From Lingula anatina (Eukaryota > Animalia > Brachiopoda), in contig CM120649.1 of the NCBI GenBank assembly GCA_051362555.1, positions 4,092,001-4,156,000 on the forward strand: 64,000 bases of DNA, given 5' to 3'. The position numbers and the translations under genes are program-made. Positions within the stretch are counted from its first letter, which is position 1; every line of letters starts with the position of its first letter. The notes beneath the pieces are model-generated. The model was not told where the DNA came from and did no database searches. It was given only the letters and a program-made list of their open reading frames with translations. This document shows, piece after piece, positions 1 to 12,386 of this stretch.

Positions 1-3000
1 TGGCCAAGAGTCAAGTTTTTGTGAAATACTTCTAGCACATTACACTGATTTTTTACTTGTAATATATTCTAAGGCAGAAACCTATCTAGCACTGAATTTC
101 CCTATAATATAACACCTGCTTCAAATAGATTTCAATAATGAACGCGTCTCCTCATCTTTTACAATAGGATTTTATTTGTGTTTCGTATCAGCGTGCACTC
201 CATATTAATCTTTACCCGGCAAGGCGTCCAAGCACTACGAACAAAGATTTGAGAACTCTCTACCCTCGTACACGTTATAATTCATACACCCGAGGTGCCT
301 TAAGGTAAAAACATAAACCGGGTAGTGGCTAGGACCTGGACGAAAGGGATCTAAGGAGAAATCTTAACGGATATCAAAACCGATTAAAGAGTGGCTGCCT
401 GCATGGGCATAAGACTTCACGGGATGCACAGGTTACTGTAGGTGCTTGCATGTGTGCGCGTGCGTTTGCGTGTGCATGTACTTGTGCGTGCGTGTCTAGT
501 GTTGTCCGTTTGCATGGCTATAGCTGTTAGCATGTACTGATCTTCGTATGTTTTACGTACGTTCCCCAACGTGCATAGCGACACATCTTTTTCCTTAAGC
601 ACCCGTGATTAAAAACGCGAGGAAAATTTTGTTGGAATCTTAATGAAAAAAACATGTGCAAGCTAACATCATCTCTCCACCAGAAGAGATCGCTCTTATG
701 TTTACACTACCCACGATCTACACTGAAATGCGGACACCTGGAAAACACCTGTGACTCCCAGTGAAACGTTACTCTTTCTTCCCTACACCCTGGGATATTC
801 AGGGAGTACCTGGGACAGAAGAGGTGTTCTGATGACGGAGACCGGTTCCTATTAATCTCTGAAACTCAGGGTACCCCAGGGATCTACGGTGTAAGAATCC
901 AGTAAGACCAGACATTAAGATCCAATTTGTGACAAATTCAATTCGCATTATTATTTTCATTAAGTCATGAAAACATGAACCTTTGATAGCGCCGAATTCC
1001 ATTTTGCTCCTTTTTATTGAAATTATTATATTTATTAGTGTGTGTGTGTGTGTGTGTGTGCGTGACAGCCAAATCGTCTGGTTATTCGAACAGCTACAAG
1101 CAGCAACAGCTTAGAGGAACGAAATATATTTATGCTCACGTTAAAAGTCTACAGACATGAACACTCAATCAATATCTTCTGGATGTCACTTTTCAGTTCA
1201 TAACCACTTGATATTCAGGGTTACCCATCTTTTTCTTGCCGGCACGTGATCCCTATTGCACCCTTCAACTAATCCAAAATGACATTTTGTTAACAAGAGG
1301 TGCTTAGAAGGTTTTAGACCATGTATTTTTTTAATCTCAGTTGATCAATTTCATAATAAAGACATATGGCCCTTAAAAAATGCAATGTTAGATTCCGTGC
1401 TCTTGATTGCATTGTTTGCATTGCCATTTTAATTGTTTTCTATAATAGTGACTTTATATCCTGTTCCCGTTTGTTTTAAAATCTTAGTTTTCATGTTCAT
1501 GACAATACTATCATTAATAATTCACCATCTAACTGTAGCATGTGTGATGATTATTGCACTTCAGTGCTTTATCTGTAAAAGGCCTGCATATTCTCGACAC
1601 GATTTAGATTTTTTTCACATAATTAGTTTTGGTAAAAATCTATTCTCTACCATTCATCGAGTGCAACAGCAACTAGTTTCATAAACGATTAATGACGATA
1701 AAACTTGTTTAAATGTCCGAGTATTAATAAAAATGTTATTATCAGTTAGACTAAACCTCGACGTAGACTTAAACCCTATCCTGCAAGCACGCATGTACGC
1801 TTACGCGCAAAAACACCAACACAAAAATCTACATTATCAGGTGACATTACAAACAGGTGATCGACGAGTTATAATTATAATTCCCAATTATTTCTACACA
1901 GATCTCTACACCTGTGGTGGGCGGACATGCCTATTTCTGGGAGGCTCGTGAATATTACCTTGTTTATTTTCAGAGCACCTACCTGACTTTCTAAGAACAC
2001 ATATCTTCTCTCGATCACCGTCTATATAAGGTGTGGAGATTAATCGGGCTTTTCTCTGGACTATGATTCTTCTCACGCTTTATATATAAAACTTGACCAT
2101 ACTGTTAAGGTGGGGGGGTTGGGGGGGTCTCTCATCTTGTGCTCTCACCCTCACCTCAACCCTTCTGTTTTCTTTGAATCGAAACATACCGGTATTTCTA
2201 GGGCCAGGGGCTGTGCATAATTATATGACTATATGGCTGTGCTGCTGGATTTAACATGGTAGACCAATGAAACAGTCATTTGGTTTCTACACGATACACT
2301 ATAACAGCCTATACTGCTAAATGCAACTGGGGCGGAGGCCCTGCTTCCAGTACTTACATTCCAATATGCCCATACCGTATATGTGTATATGTCTATGTAT
2401 AGTAAGCATGTTAATTGCAGCTTATGCACCAGCATTATGATTTTTATCAGAATATTTTGTATTTACATTTACCAAAAATATCACTATTAGTCTAAAGAAC
2501 GCCAATAGGCCTACCCCGCGTTTCATCCCCCAACCCCACCCCTACTCGCCATATCTGATATCGACCCTTGAGGCGGTTACTGCCACAAATTTGACCTCTC
2601 GATTGCTCCTGACCTTTACTTACAATACGATTATTTATTTGTTCAGTTATTTATCTATCTATTCATTTATTTTCACTTTTGAGACAAATTGTTTTATACT
2701 AAACACAAAGAATTTAAAAGGCCGAAATAACGACCGAAAATGACGGAATTTTACAAAGAGCGAAACATGCGCTTAACAGGTTCTACAAAACACTAACTAG
2801 TCAGGTCCCCCCTCCCCCACCCGAAATATACACACAACTTCTTTGCTCCCCGAAATACGAGTTATAATCTTCTCAGTGCTTGGGAGCACGGCGCGATTGC
2901 CCGACGACGAGTGAAGTGGTTTTCACGGCCATGTTTACAAACGTAGTTAAACCCCTATCGTTTCCCTCGGTAAACATGAACATCAATGGACTCTCGTGCT

Positions 3001-3970
3001 TCATAGGTCCATATTAAGAGGAAGGGGTTGACTATACACCCGATGCTAGAGTATAATTAACTGATAGTTAATTAATTTAAGGAAAGCTATTTGTTTTCTA
3101 CCAGTAATGGTAATGACCAAATGTTCTCGTGAACATAGTTTTAATCTATTAAAGCAATAACGTTATTCAGCTGTATCATAATATTTGTCATGCCAGTTTT
3201 CAGTGCGACTATTGGTTATTTAAGAATCTAAAGTAATGGTAAAAATTATCGCAATTGAAAGTCTTTGTTCCAACGTAACCATACAAATGTAAAAGGCGAA
3301 TAACTTTCCCTTTATAACAATTTAAATATGAATTCTCAGCACTGAAATTTGGCTTTATCAAATACTTTTATCGAGGTGGGTATATACAATATTGTTCTCT
3401 TTCTTATGTTCAGGGACTACTTAATAGTTACCAACAATAAATAAAATTCAACCATTTTCTTACAAATTCTCTTCTAAAAAATCCCCTTACTCAATTCTAT
3501 ACGAATCTACATTATCTCTCCACTTTTCGCTCGGATAAGAACTAGCCGCGAAAAAGAGGCCGCCATTTTCAAGAGATGCATACGTACTTATCTCTAACCC
3601 CTCACCCATTAGCTAGCATGACGTAAAAGTAAGACGTTTCACCCTGCATAAATATCGTGGCACGTGTCAATTTGCGGTCCCTCTCGCAAAGGTCAGGACG
3701 CCAGTTCTATTTCTAGACAAGGTAGCTGCATTTTAACATCATTAAGTGAGGTGAAAATACCCACTAAAGCAACTATATGAGGTCGGGCAGACAGTACTCT
3801 CTACCTGGGCGACAGATTTTTTTTTTGTGAACTTTTCTCTTAGCTTGCTTTACAGATATTGAAAAAAACTGATAATTTATTAAATCATTTATGGCATATC
3901 AAAAACTATTACAAAAATCATCTCCCAGCGACCCAATCCCTTTTCGCATTCATGAATAATGTTGAAAATT

Positions 3971-4004
<34 letters not shown>

Positions 4005-5291
4005 CACACAACTTCAACCATAAATATTAAGCCATTGTGCGTACTCCACAATATGCCCTATATAGGCTTGCCGCTATCTTAAAAACAGCGGGATAACTGT
4101 GCGTAAACACACTGACTAAAAAAGCCGAATATTTTACCCTACACTTGATCTCAAATATGCATTTTATCGGCACCTACAATTACAGTACTTCTTTTCTTCC
4201 TTTTTTCACTACACGAAATATGAAACATACCAACGGGTTCAGGACTCTATCAGGCCAGGAGGGGGGAAGGGGGGGGGGTCAGCGTTTATCTTTATGCATG
4301 GATCCAACATTTATTTAGCAGCATGTCAACAAATATATGTGGCCAAAAAGGAGGATCCGGTTACACCCGCCCCACCCCACCCTCTCCTAAACTTATTTTC
4401 ACACTAGGTCCCACCCCTGTTTTATAGCCGAACCCCCGCCCCCAACCCTGTGATATATATATTTTTCCTGAAAATCTTCGTACGGTTCGAGGACAGAACA
4501 GTGTTACGTGAGTTGCATGTAAAAATTCAGAATTTCAGCTCCACAATGCTCAACTTGAAGTCATAGTTTGAGACCAACTCTGTTTGTTTAACCGTACTGC
4601 CTTTAAGAAGAGCTGCAGGATTCACCTTTACAAACTTTAAGAATTCACGCTGGTTTTTAATTAAATATTTATCCGCTTTAACGTAAATATTTGCGCATTC
4701 CCTAACCATCTGAACGTGGTTTTCTAGACATGTTTTCAATCTTTCCATAGTTAAGATATAACTGGTGAAACTGCGAAAAGGGTAACATTTCAGCATTTAA
4801 GGGCGTTCCATCACATCCATAGTCCCTAATGTGCGTAGTTTCTTCACTTGCGGGGTTGTAATACCCTTAGTTTACTAACCCTCACTTTACACGTTAAATG
4901 TTCTTGTTATATTTCACATCCAATGCTTTTGTTATATTTCCTACTCCTGCTGTATTTTGTTATGACCTCTTAAAAGAAATGTTTACAAACTTATTCATTG
5001 CTACATGAATACTGTAAATCATCAATAGAAACCGCCCTGAAAATTTGGCGTTTTTGGAAATACTCATGAAAGATAGAACGATATCTTATCCCTATTTCTT
5101 TTTATTGCTTGGTAAAGCCCATTCTAACACTTGCCATCTCGTCGAGCATCGAGGTCGAGTAAAGGTGTGTAAATCCAGAGCAAATTTAATCTGCGTGAGT
5201 CAGCATACCAAAGGCTCCATATATCAGTGTAGAGTTATTCACGCTCAAATCACATCAAAGTCTTGCAACAAAAAAACAAGAACACCCTTAC

Positions 5292-5325
5292 CTTCAAGTT
5301 CTTCAGGATCCAGCTTTTTCGCCAT
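5292..5325 (-). CDS. Putative first coding exon (MAKKLDPEELE, phase-1 donor) of an unidentified gene; remaining exons not found in window
   Basis: Minus strand aaagacaATGGCG...GAAG|gtaag: good start context and strong donor. Only 11 codons, so no product can be assigned. Confidence 0.35.
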
Positions 5326-8300
5326 TGTCTTTGGAAACTTTCGAGAAAAATCCACCGGAATAAGGCTCTCGGAATGCAGCAGACGATCAGTCAGCGTTCT
5401 TGGCAGACGACTCCGAAAACAATCTCTTTCTCGTTTTGACCCTGATTGACGTGCGTCTTACTGAGAACGCTTAATGTCAATACAACCTTATACTCTAAGA
5501 CTTGGCTCTAATCCCCCACCACCAAAACTAGGGTTATGTTAAATATTTAACAATGCTTCGCGGCATACATTGGTGTTTATTTAACATTTAAACACGAGGC
5601 ATTATGAGGACTGACGGAAATTAGGGCCCTAGCATATTTCATGTCAAACACGTGAAGTGATAATGAATTCAGAATACGGGAATGGGGGTTTCTCGCTCCC
5701 TCTCTCTCTCCCTCTCCCTCTCTCTCTCTCTCTCTGAACGTAAATTGCAAAAAATTATTTAAAATTTCCCCAGCAATAACTAGGGACGGATTGAGACTGG
5801 ACGTCTTCTGAGTCTACCGGAAGACGGTTAGATTTTAAAGTTTACATTGACGGGTATCTATTTTCTCTGTCGAAAGACGGTCAAAAATGGAGGATGGATC
5901 AACAAAAATAATTTAGAAGACTGTCAGAAAATATCTCTGGATCCGCCCCTGAATAAGGGACAACAATCTGCTGAATTTTCAACCAACTACGGGCCAGGTG
6001 AGAATTTTAAAGATTTCTTTTCAATTCAAAAGTACCACGCTGCGCAGATAAAGTTTCCAAAAATATCCTCCCATTCAGAAAAGATGACAATGAAATAAAG
6101 AAAAACTCCTGGCTGGGAGTTAAACTGGAATAATATTCACAGTCGGCAGGTAATCTGATCTACCCCACCTTAGCCGGTGTTAGTCCAAATTTAATCCGCC
6201 AGGTGGCTCTTGCGTCGGGCAGCAAGGTGTTGGCCGCTGCTTTGCACCTGTTTCTGTTCCATATCATTTGAACCTTGCAGCTATGCTAGATTTGGTGGGT
6301 CAAAAGGAAGGCGGTTATATAATACCATACCTTAGCTAAATCAGGTTTGCAAAGGAAGTATAGTATCTAAGGTTTTGGCGTAAAATGCCTTTGCGATTTC
6401 ATCTAGTTGTATATTATAATATTCTTTTGAAATCGTTAATTTCCAGCAATGGAATTGATCGTCATAGCAAAATTATATCTTGGCAGGAACAAAAAATTGT
6501 GAGTTTATCTTTAATTTGAGATGAAATTTTAAAAAAAATAGAGAGAGGATAAGAGAACATAGTTTGCAAATATCTTTAGGAACTTCACCATAAGTCTAAT
6601 TCCAAATGAAGTTCTTGTGAAAATAATTCGTCAGTCATGCAAAATGAGATATAAAAGATTTTCATAAAAATGTGAAATAAGGCATTAAACGTGACATCGA
6701 AATGTTGAAACAATACACACGCGATGTTTTAAAGTATGATGTGAAAAGGAGGGATCAATTCCAGGAAATCTTCCCGATTGATATAAATGGATTCCTTTTT
6801 CTGACATTTCCCGACATAAGTCCCTTAACTAGGATAACCAGACACCTGCCAACTGTGACGTCATCAATAAAAATGGAGGTCAAATTCGAAGAGGAATAAA
6901 AACCACCTTTTTGGAGCGCAGGTAACCTCCATTGCAAATAGGTTTATCAAAATGCATAATTTCCAATGGTAGGCACGGGCTAGAAATTCAAAGAAATGGA
7001 AATCACCATCTACAGGTTTTCTATTCTGGGAGTCAGGTTCGAAATCCCTGGATTCTGAGGTTACGCAGTCGCACAGGGCGGCTTCCAAGTAACGACAAAC
7101 CAGGTGGAATGCACACACTGATACAATCCCACATGAAAATCAAAAATCGATTTTGAAACCACTCGAAGTTCTTTCCAATTATTTCACTCTCAAACATATA
7201 TTCCTCTTGTGAAAGAGACTCGAAGCGTCTTTTAAGGATCCGGGGAAATTCGCAATTAGTCAGTCCAGGTAGGGGGGAGAAACTGCGTGCTTACCTTCGA
7301 TTTCACCTTTGCTAAGATCAGTCTGTAAAAGATAGAAATTGAATAAATAAATATCCACTGTATATTTTAGCTTTCATAAAGCACTGAACTGACAGACATT
7401 TTCCAGTTGGGGGACTTAGTTTAAATTGTAATTGGTTCTTTATAAAAGATAAAGTTCACTTTCCGCCCTCTTAGTCACGTGAAGAATTATTTGAAATTTG
7501 ATAACGTTGCTGAAAAAAAATCATGCTTCAAAGAATACAAAATACTCAACAGCAATCTTCACACCGGAATATTTAATAGACACTGAAAAATTGAAGCGCA
7601 AATTATTGCAAACTTACCATGATGTCTGTGTGGTAAAATCCTCGGACGTGCGATGCGTGTTACAGAGAAGCGAACTGAAGCCTGCTGTATCCAAAGAACA
7701 GGAATGATAAGCACGTATTGACTCCCCTTTCCGCTTGGGGGCGCTTTTAACGATAGAACGTGCCGGATGAGAGGGGTGTCAGGTTGCGCCAAGATGCACA
7801 GATAGGGCGTCAAATTTCACTCAAAACTTAGGAATTCTTCAAAATGTATATTCTTACTATATGTTTCTACCAAATAAATACATCAAAACCAATATTTTAT
7901 TCAAAATTTTGCTATTTTTCCTAGATGAGGTTACTGATTTTTTATACCCATCCCTCCCCTTCATATGCACAGTGCCCTAACTCCAAAAAAGGTGTCTTCC
8001 TTCAGATCGTCTGCAAGCAGCCGCATATGCGCTGCATCGTATAAATGGAGCACAGTTGTTATTCGATACAAGCCTGCCAGTAAAGCCGGCGCTGTTTTGT
8101 GGCCAATATGGTTATACAGGGGGGATAGGAAGACGATAGCATATAGACCAATACATTTCGCTTGTTGGTCTATTTACCTGAGAATTCCCCACTACCATCT
8201 GCTACTAGGGATCTCTAACAGTTTCTCCTGGGTTTCTTGGGGCTTCCGGCTTATCATTGGTGGAAGCAGGTTTTGGTGTGCTTCAAAACAACAATAATAA

Positions 8301-8639
8301 TACAGCAGGTTACCTAGAGGGTATATAGTAGAAGCGGAACGCGTGCTGAGGCGGGAAGGATAACGATCTATATGCGCAAAATTTACCCGCAATGCTGTTA
8401 ACGCAATACTGTTGTTTTGAATTGGAGGTTTTTGGCAACGGGTGCATAGCGCGCTTAAGTGACTTCTTGCCAACTTCGCAATGTCCCTCCAACGAGGCGT
8501 GCAGTTATATATATCACCTGTAATCCAATAAAATAAATCACGTTCTTTAATGATTTGCTAGCCTATGGATGACTGGGAAAAGATGTATACCCAATAATAC
8601 TCCTATGATAGTGCAGTTTATAACCCTGCAACAAAACAG

Positions 8640-9487
8640 GGCCCGGTTGCACCAACAGGGCGTAAATTTACTCGGCTACGACTGTCGTAAACCGCAACGC
8701 CTGGCGTCCGTGCGCCAGGTTTACTCTCCCTGCTTACGCCTGTTGCACCAAGACAAAAACTGATCGTCGTAACTACGCCTGGGTAACGCTCCGTTGCGTC
8801 ACTGGCCAACAATACGTGAATGGTGTTCTCAGCTGCAGTCATAATGGAATGATGACAAAAATAAACACAAAATGAGCATTTCAGAGACGGAGTAATTCAT
8901 AAGCTACATTATTCCACTTTGATTTAGAAATAAGAACGTAAAATACGTTAACTTTGATGTTGCCTTGGATATATAGCAATAAAATCGTAAATATATTCCG
9001 AATCAAAATATTATAATATTATAGTATGCTATTATAGTATGCTGTTGTAACACCTTCACATTTGTTATTGAAACTTTTGAGTCTGAAAATAATGCAAAAA
9101 CGCCAACATTGCTCTCTTTTTATAATTTTACAACAGTGCCGACAATTTCTTACTTCTTAACTATGGTTACACCGTGAGGTATCATTTAATCAATCGAGCT
9201 TACATCTTGGAGATTAAGAAATACAAGAGACCTAATACATATTATATGAGCCTTGAAATGTTGATATTTTAAGCTTTCGTCTCTATGTTTATATATAGTA
9301 AAATATGAATGATATAAAATGTGAAGAAAGAATGACTATGGTTAGTTATGGTTCGTCAAAAATTGTGAAAAGAATTAAAGAAACCGTACTGCTGAGAGCC
9401 AAGACGTACCTACATGAGTGGTAAGATTTAATTTGAACATATGCATATACATATACATGGCTACACATATGATGTATTTAGTAATCA

Positions 9488-9554
<67 letters not shown>

Positions 9555-9864
9555 TTGTTTTAAACCATGCTACACAGACGGAAGTTTTGAGTAAGAAACT
9601 AACAAATAACAACCCACATTTTCTACGTTAACTACGATAATTGTCATCAAACTCTCTCTGTGCTTGCCTAGCCATAGTGGACAACGAGCTACGACCGTCT
9701 TACACCACCTAGCTGGCAGGCGTAAATTTACGACTAAGTTTAGACCGACGTAAACACTATTCTAGTTTGGTGCAACTGGCTTTACTCGGGCGTAGAGAGT
9801 TGCGCCCGGTTTACGCCGGCGCAACTGCTACGCCTCACTTACGACCGGTTGGTGCAACCGGGCC
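8640..9864. mobile_element. Non-autonomous DNA transposon (PIF/Harbinger-like MITE), 1225 bp
   Basis: TIR GGCCCGGTTGCACCAAC / GTTGGTGCAACCGGGCC, with CAG duplicated on both sides (8637-8639, 9865-9867). The paralogous segment near 19790 shows the empty site with a single CAG. Confidence 0.85.
9491..9546. repeat. (TA)n microsatellite
   Basis: Uninterrupted ATAT run; similar runs occur at ~11656, ~18963 and ~61171. Confidence 0.95.
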
Positions 9865-9966
9865 CAGATGTTTTACGTATTTATTTGGAGTGGGTTGAAC
9901 CGTATTTTAATACTCTAGTGGTACCTTCTGATCTTCTGATGCACCCCCTCCCCCCCCCCCCCCAAA

Positions 9967-10003
<37 letters not shown>

Positions 10004-10522
10004 GAAAGACAGACAGAAAGAGAAAAAGTGGCATAAACATAAATACTTCAGAACTTCAGAGGGTATTAATAGATGTTTTCATCTGTTTGCTGCCAGATGC
10101 TCCTCGTAGCATCTCTATTATATTTGGGCTCCAAAAGAAATACCTTTCCTACTACACAACATTTCTACTTGGCGTTAGCTGTTTCAGAGGGGATGGGGGC
10201 ATGGTGATATTCGAGTTTCTCACTCTGTTTCTGGGATGCCACATTCTAACCCTCCCCCCCCCCCCAACGCAAACAATGATATAACAACTGAAACGAGACA
10301 AAACCAAGTGATTTTGCCATCCACATCTGTGCCCTATATACACTGTATTATATTTTTATGTAAAATTTAAAAATTGTCGATCTTCATCATACGCTATTAT
10401 ATTGATTTCTTGCCGCACGAAGCGATGCAAAAATATTAATCCTCATGTCCCCTTTTCCAGGAAAATGCCTGATCCGTGTGTACGTATTAAAGATAGCAGT
10501 TGTAACACCTTTCTTGTAACAG

Positions 10523-10598
10523 TCGGTGACCGACGTACACCATATTTGTTGATTTCTGACTCGGTGACCGACGTACACCATATTTGTTGATTTCTGAC
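10523..10598. repeat. 38-bp tandem duplication
   Basis: TCGGTGACCGACGTACACCATATTTGTTGATTTCTGAC occurs twice; only one diverged unit is present in the paralogous segment at ~21350. Confidence 0.85.
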
Positions 10599-11450
10599 TG
10601 TAACATGCAGGATATGAGATACCGTGAAAGGCTCGTGTCACATACCTCACCTCTGCCCACACACCTGCCTGGTCCTACACCTGTTTAACTGAGCGTCTGC
10701 GTCTTGGTGCTTAATCCAATAAGCCGACCATCCGTCCGTCATTCATTCATTCATTCATTCATTCATTCGTTCGTTCGTTCGTCCGTTCGTCCATTCATTC
10801 ATCCATCCGTACAGCCATCCATCCCGAAAAATCGGACTGGTCACACAGCATGAAATGGTCACCAAAGGGTCAGCAATGGGCAAGGTAACTTGGACAAAAA
10901 TAATCTTTAAATAATGTCCCACTGTAGTCAAAATGAGTGACCCTTATGAAAAAAAATGTATCCGTACCGAACATGCGTTTTATTTATATTTATCTATTTT
11001 ATATTTTATTTCGAATCTCAGTCAGCCACGTTGAACAGATCTTAAACCTGATCGAGAAAAGTCTTAAAATCTCGATTAAACCTACTAAGGCAAATGCTGA
11101 AGTTTGTCACCGGTAGATGTTGTGTCACTAACTGTAGTAACTTGAACTGGGAGATAAAAATAGGCAATAAGCAAACATAACGTCTCTGAATCAAACTAGT
11201 GATCAGATATATAGTCTGGGATCAAAATTCGTCACGATTTTTACCTGGGAGATTAAAATCGTAATTTTCCAGGGAAGTGTAGGTAAACAAACTCTTTGTT
11301 AAGAGCTTGAAGCGTGCTATTATTGCAGCATATTATGGGACGAAAATCGCTATCAGTCATGCAGTGTGATTTCATTAGCTTATGTTGCTGCATTTTGAAA
11401 AGCGTGTTGTATTCCAAATCATATTTTGTAAAAAACAGCGCTTAACAGAC

Positions 11451-11607
11451 TTCTCAGAAAATCGGAAAAAATGTCCATTTATGGCCACCTAGTCGACCAC
11501 GACTGAAACTGTAGCATATATAATGGCATGATCATTCAGATTGCCATTCCGCCTGACGTCCTCAAGGCATTGAGTTCACAGCGGTTCCAGCTGGTCATAA
11601 AGTAAGT
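11451..11607 (+). promoter_or_regulatory. Type-A promoter and non-coding exon 1 of peptide gene copy 1
   Basis: TTCTCAGAA (11451), TATATAA (11517), CCATTCC about 25 nt downstream, donor AA|GTAAGT at 11602. Homologous blocks at ~22420-22577 and ~29487-29585; the exon-1 part is also seen at ~17119-17182 and minus ~36056-36120. Confidence 0.6.
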
Positions 11608-11654
11608 TTTTAAAAATAATTTTATGATATATATATCATATCATATATCATGAT

Positions 11655-11697
<43 letters not shown>

Positions 11698-12386
11698 TTT
11701 TTTTTTGTTTTTGTTTTTGTTTTTTTTTTTTTTGTATAAATTTTTGTGCAAGGGATAATGATTCAGAAAATGACATTTAAACCGACCGTTGATGAAAATG
11801 TTTAAGAATGATGAAATGACAAGCGTCAAAGAGGGAAAAGAGCAGACAAGGAAACTTTTTATTTTAAAACCAGTATGGGAAGCCCCAGAGAAGACAAAAA
11901 GTTGAAAAATATTAAAGGAACGAATGTCTCCACGAGGCGATTGCCGATTTAATCATTATCATATTTAATTAACCGTTTCTTCTCTATCATTTCAATTTAT
12001 TAAATCCTTAAGCTCTATACGGCTCATCAGAATGGTATTATATGTCGCAGGTCAAATTGAAATCCAGTCAGATTTTAAATTGGCTTTTGATTTTACAGTA
12101 TTTACTTTTTGTTTTCAAATTTGTGAGTTTTTAGCAGGGAATCTGATAGTTTTTATGAACTTTGATGCGTTCCTGATGACAGTACAGTATCGTCAGCATT
12201 CATAAGAAAGAAGAGATTTCTCCACTGTCACAATTTTCGGATAAACAAAAACTGTCGAGGGGTTTATGATCATTCAGATAACGAAAATGCGTTTTTGTTC
12301 CTGCATCTTATTATTCAAAAATGCATCTACATGTTGTGTCATTTCATTTTTACCACTTTCTTACATGTATTACAGATCAACGCGAA

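Noticed and set aside
4527-4796. 89-aa minus-strand ORF as exon 2 of the MAKKLDPEELE gene
   Set aside because: No convincing in-phase acceptor and no recognisable protein motif.
8177-8517. GC-richer minus-strand stretch bounded by AG/GT (possible exon)
   Set aside because: Translations show no recognisable domain and no compatible partner exons.
9849-10343. Lys-rich and duplicated short ORFs (also 19891-20299)
   Set aside because: They arise from poly-C/poly-A runs and a non-coding segmental duplication; frames are not conserved.
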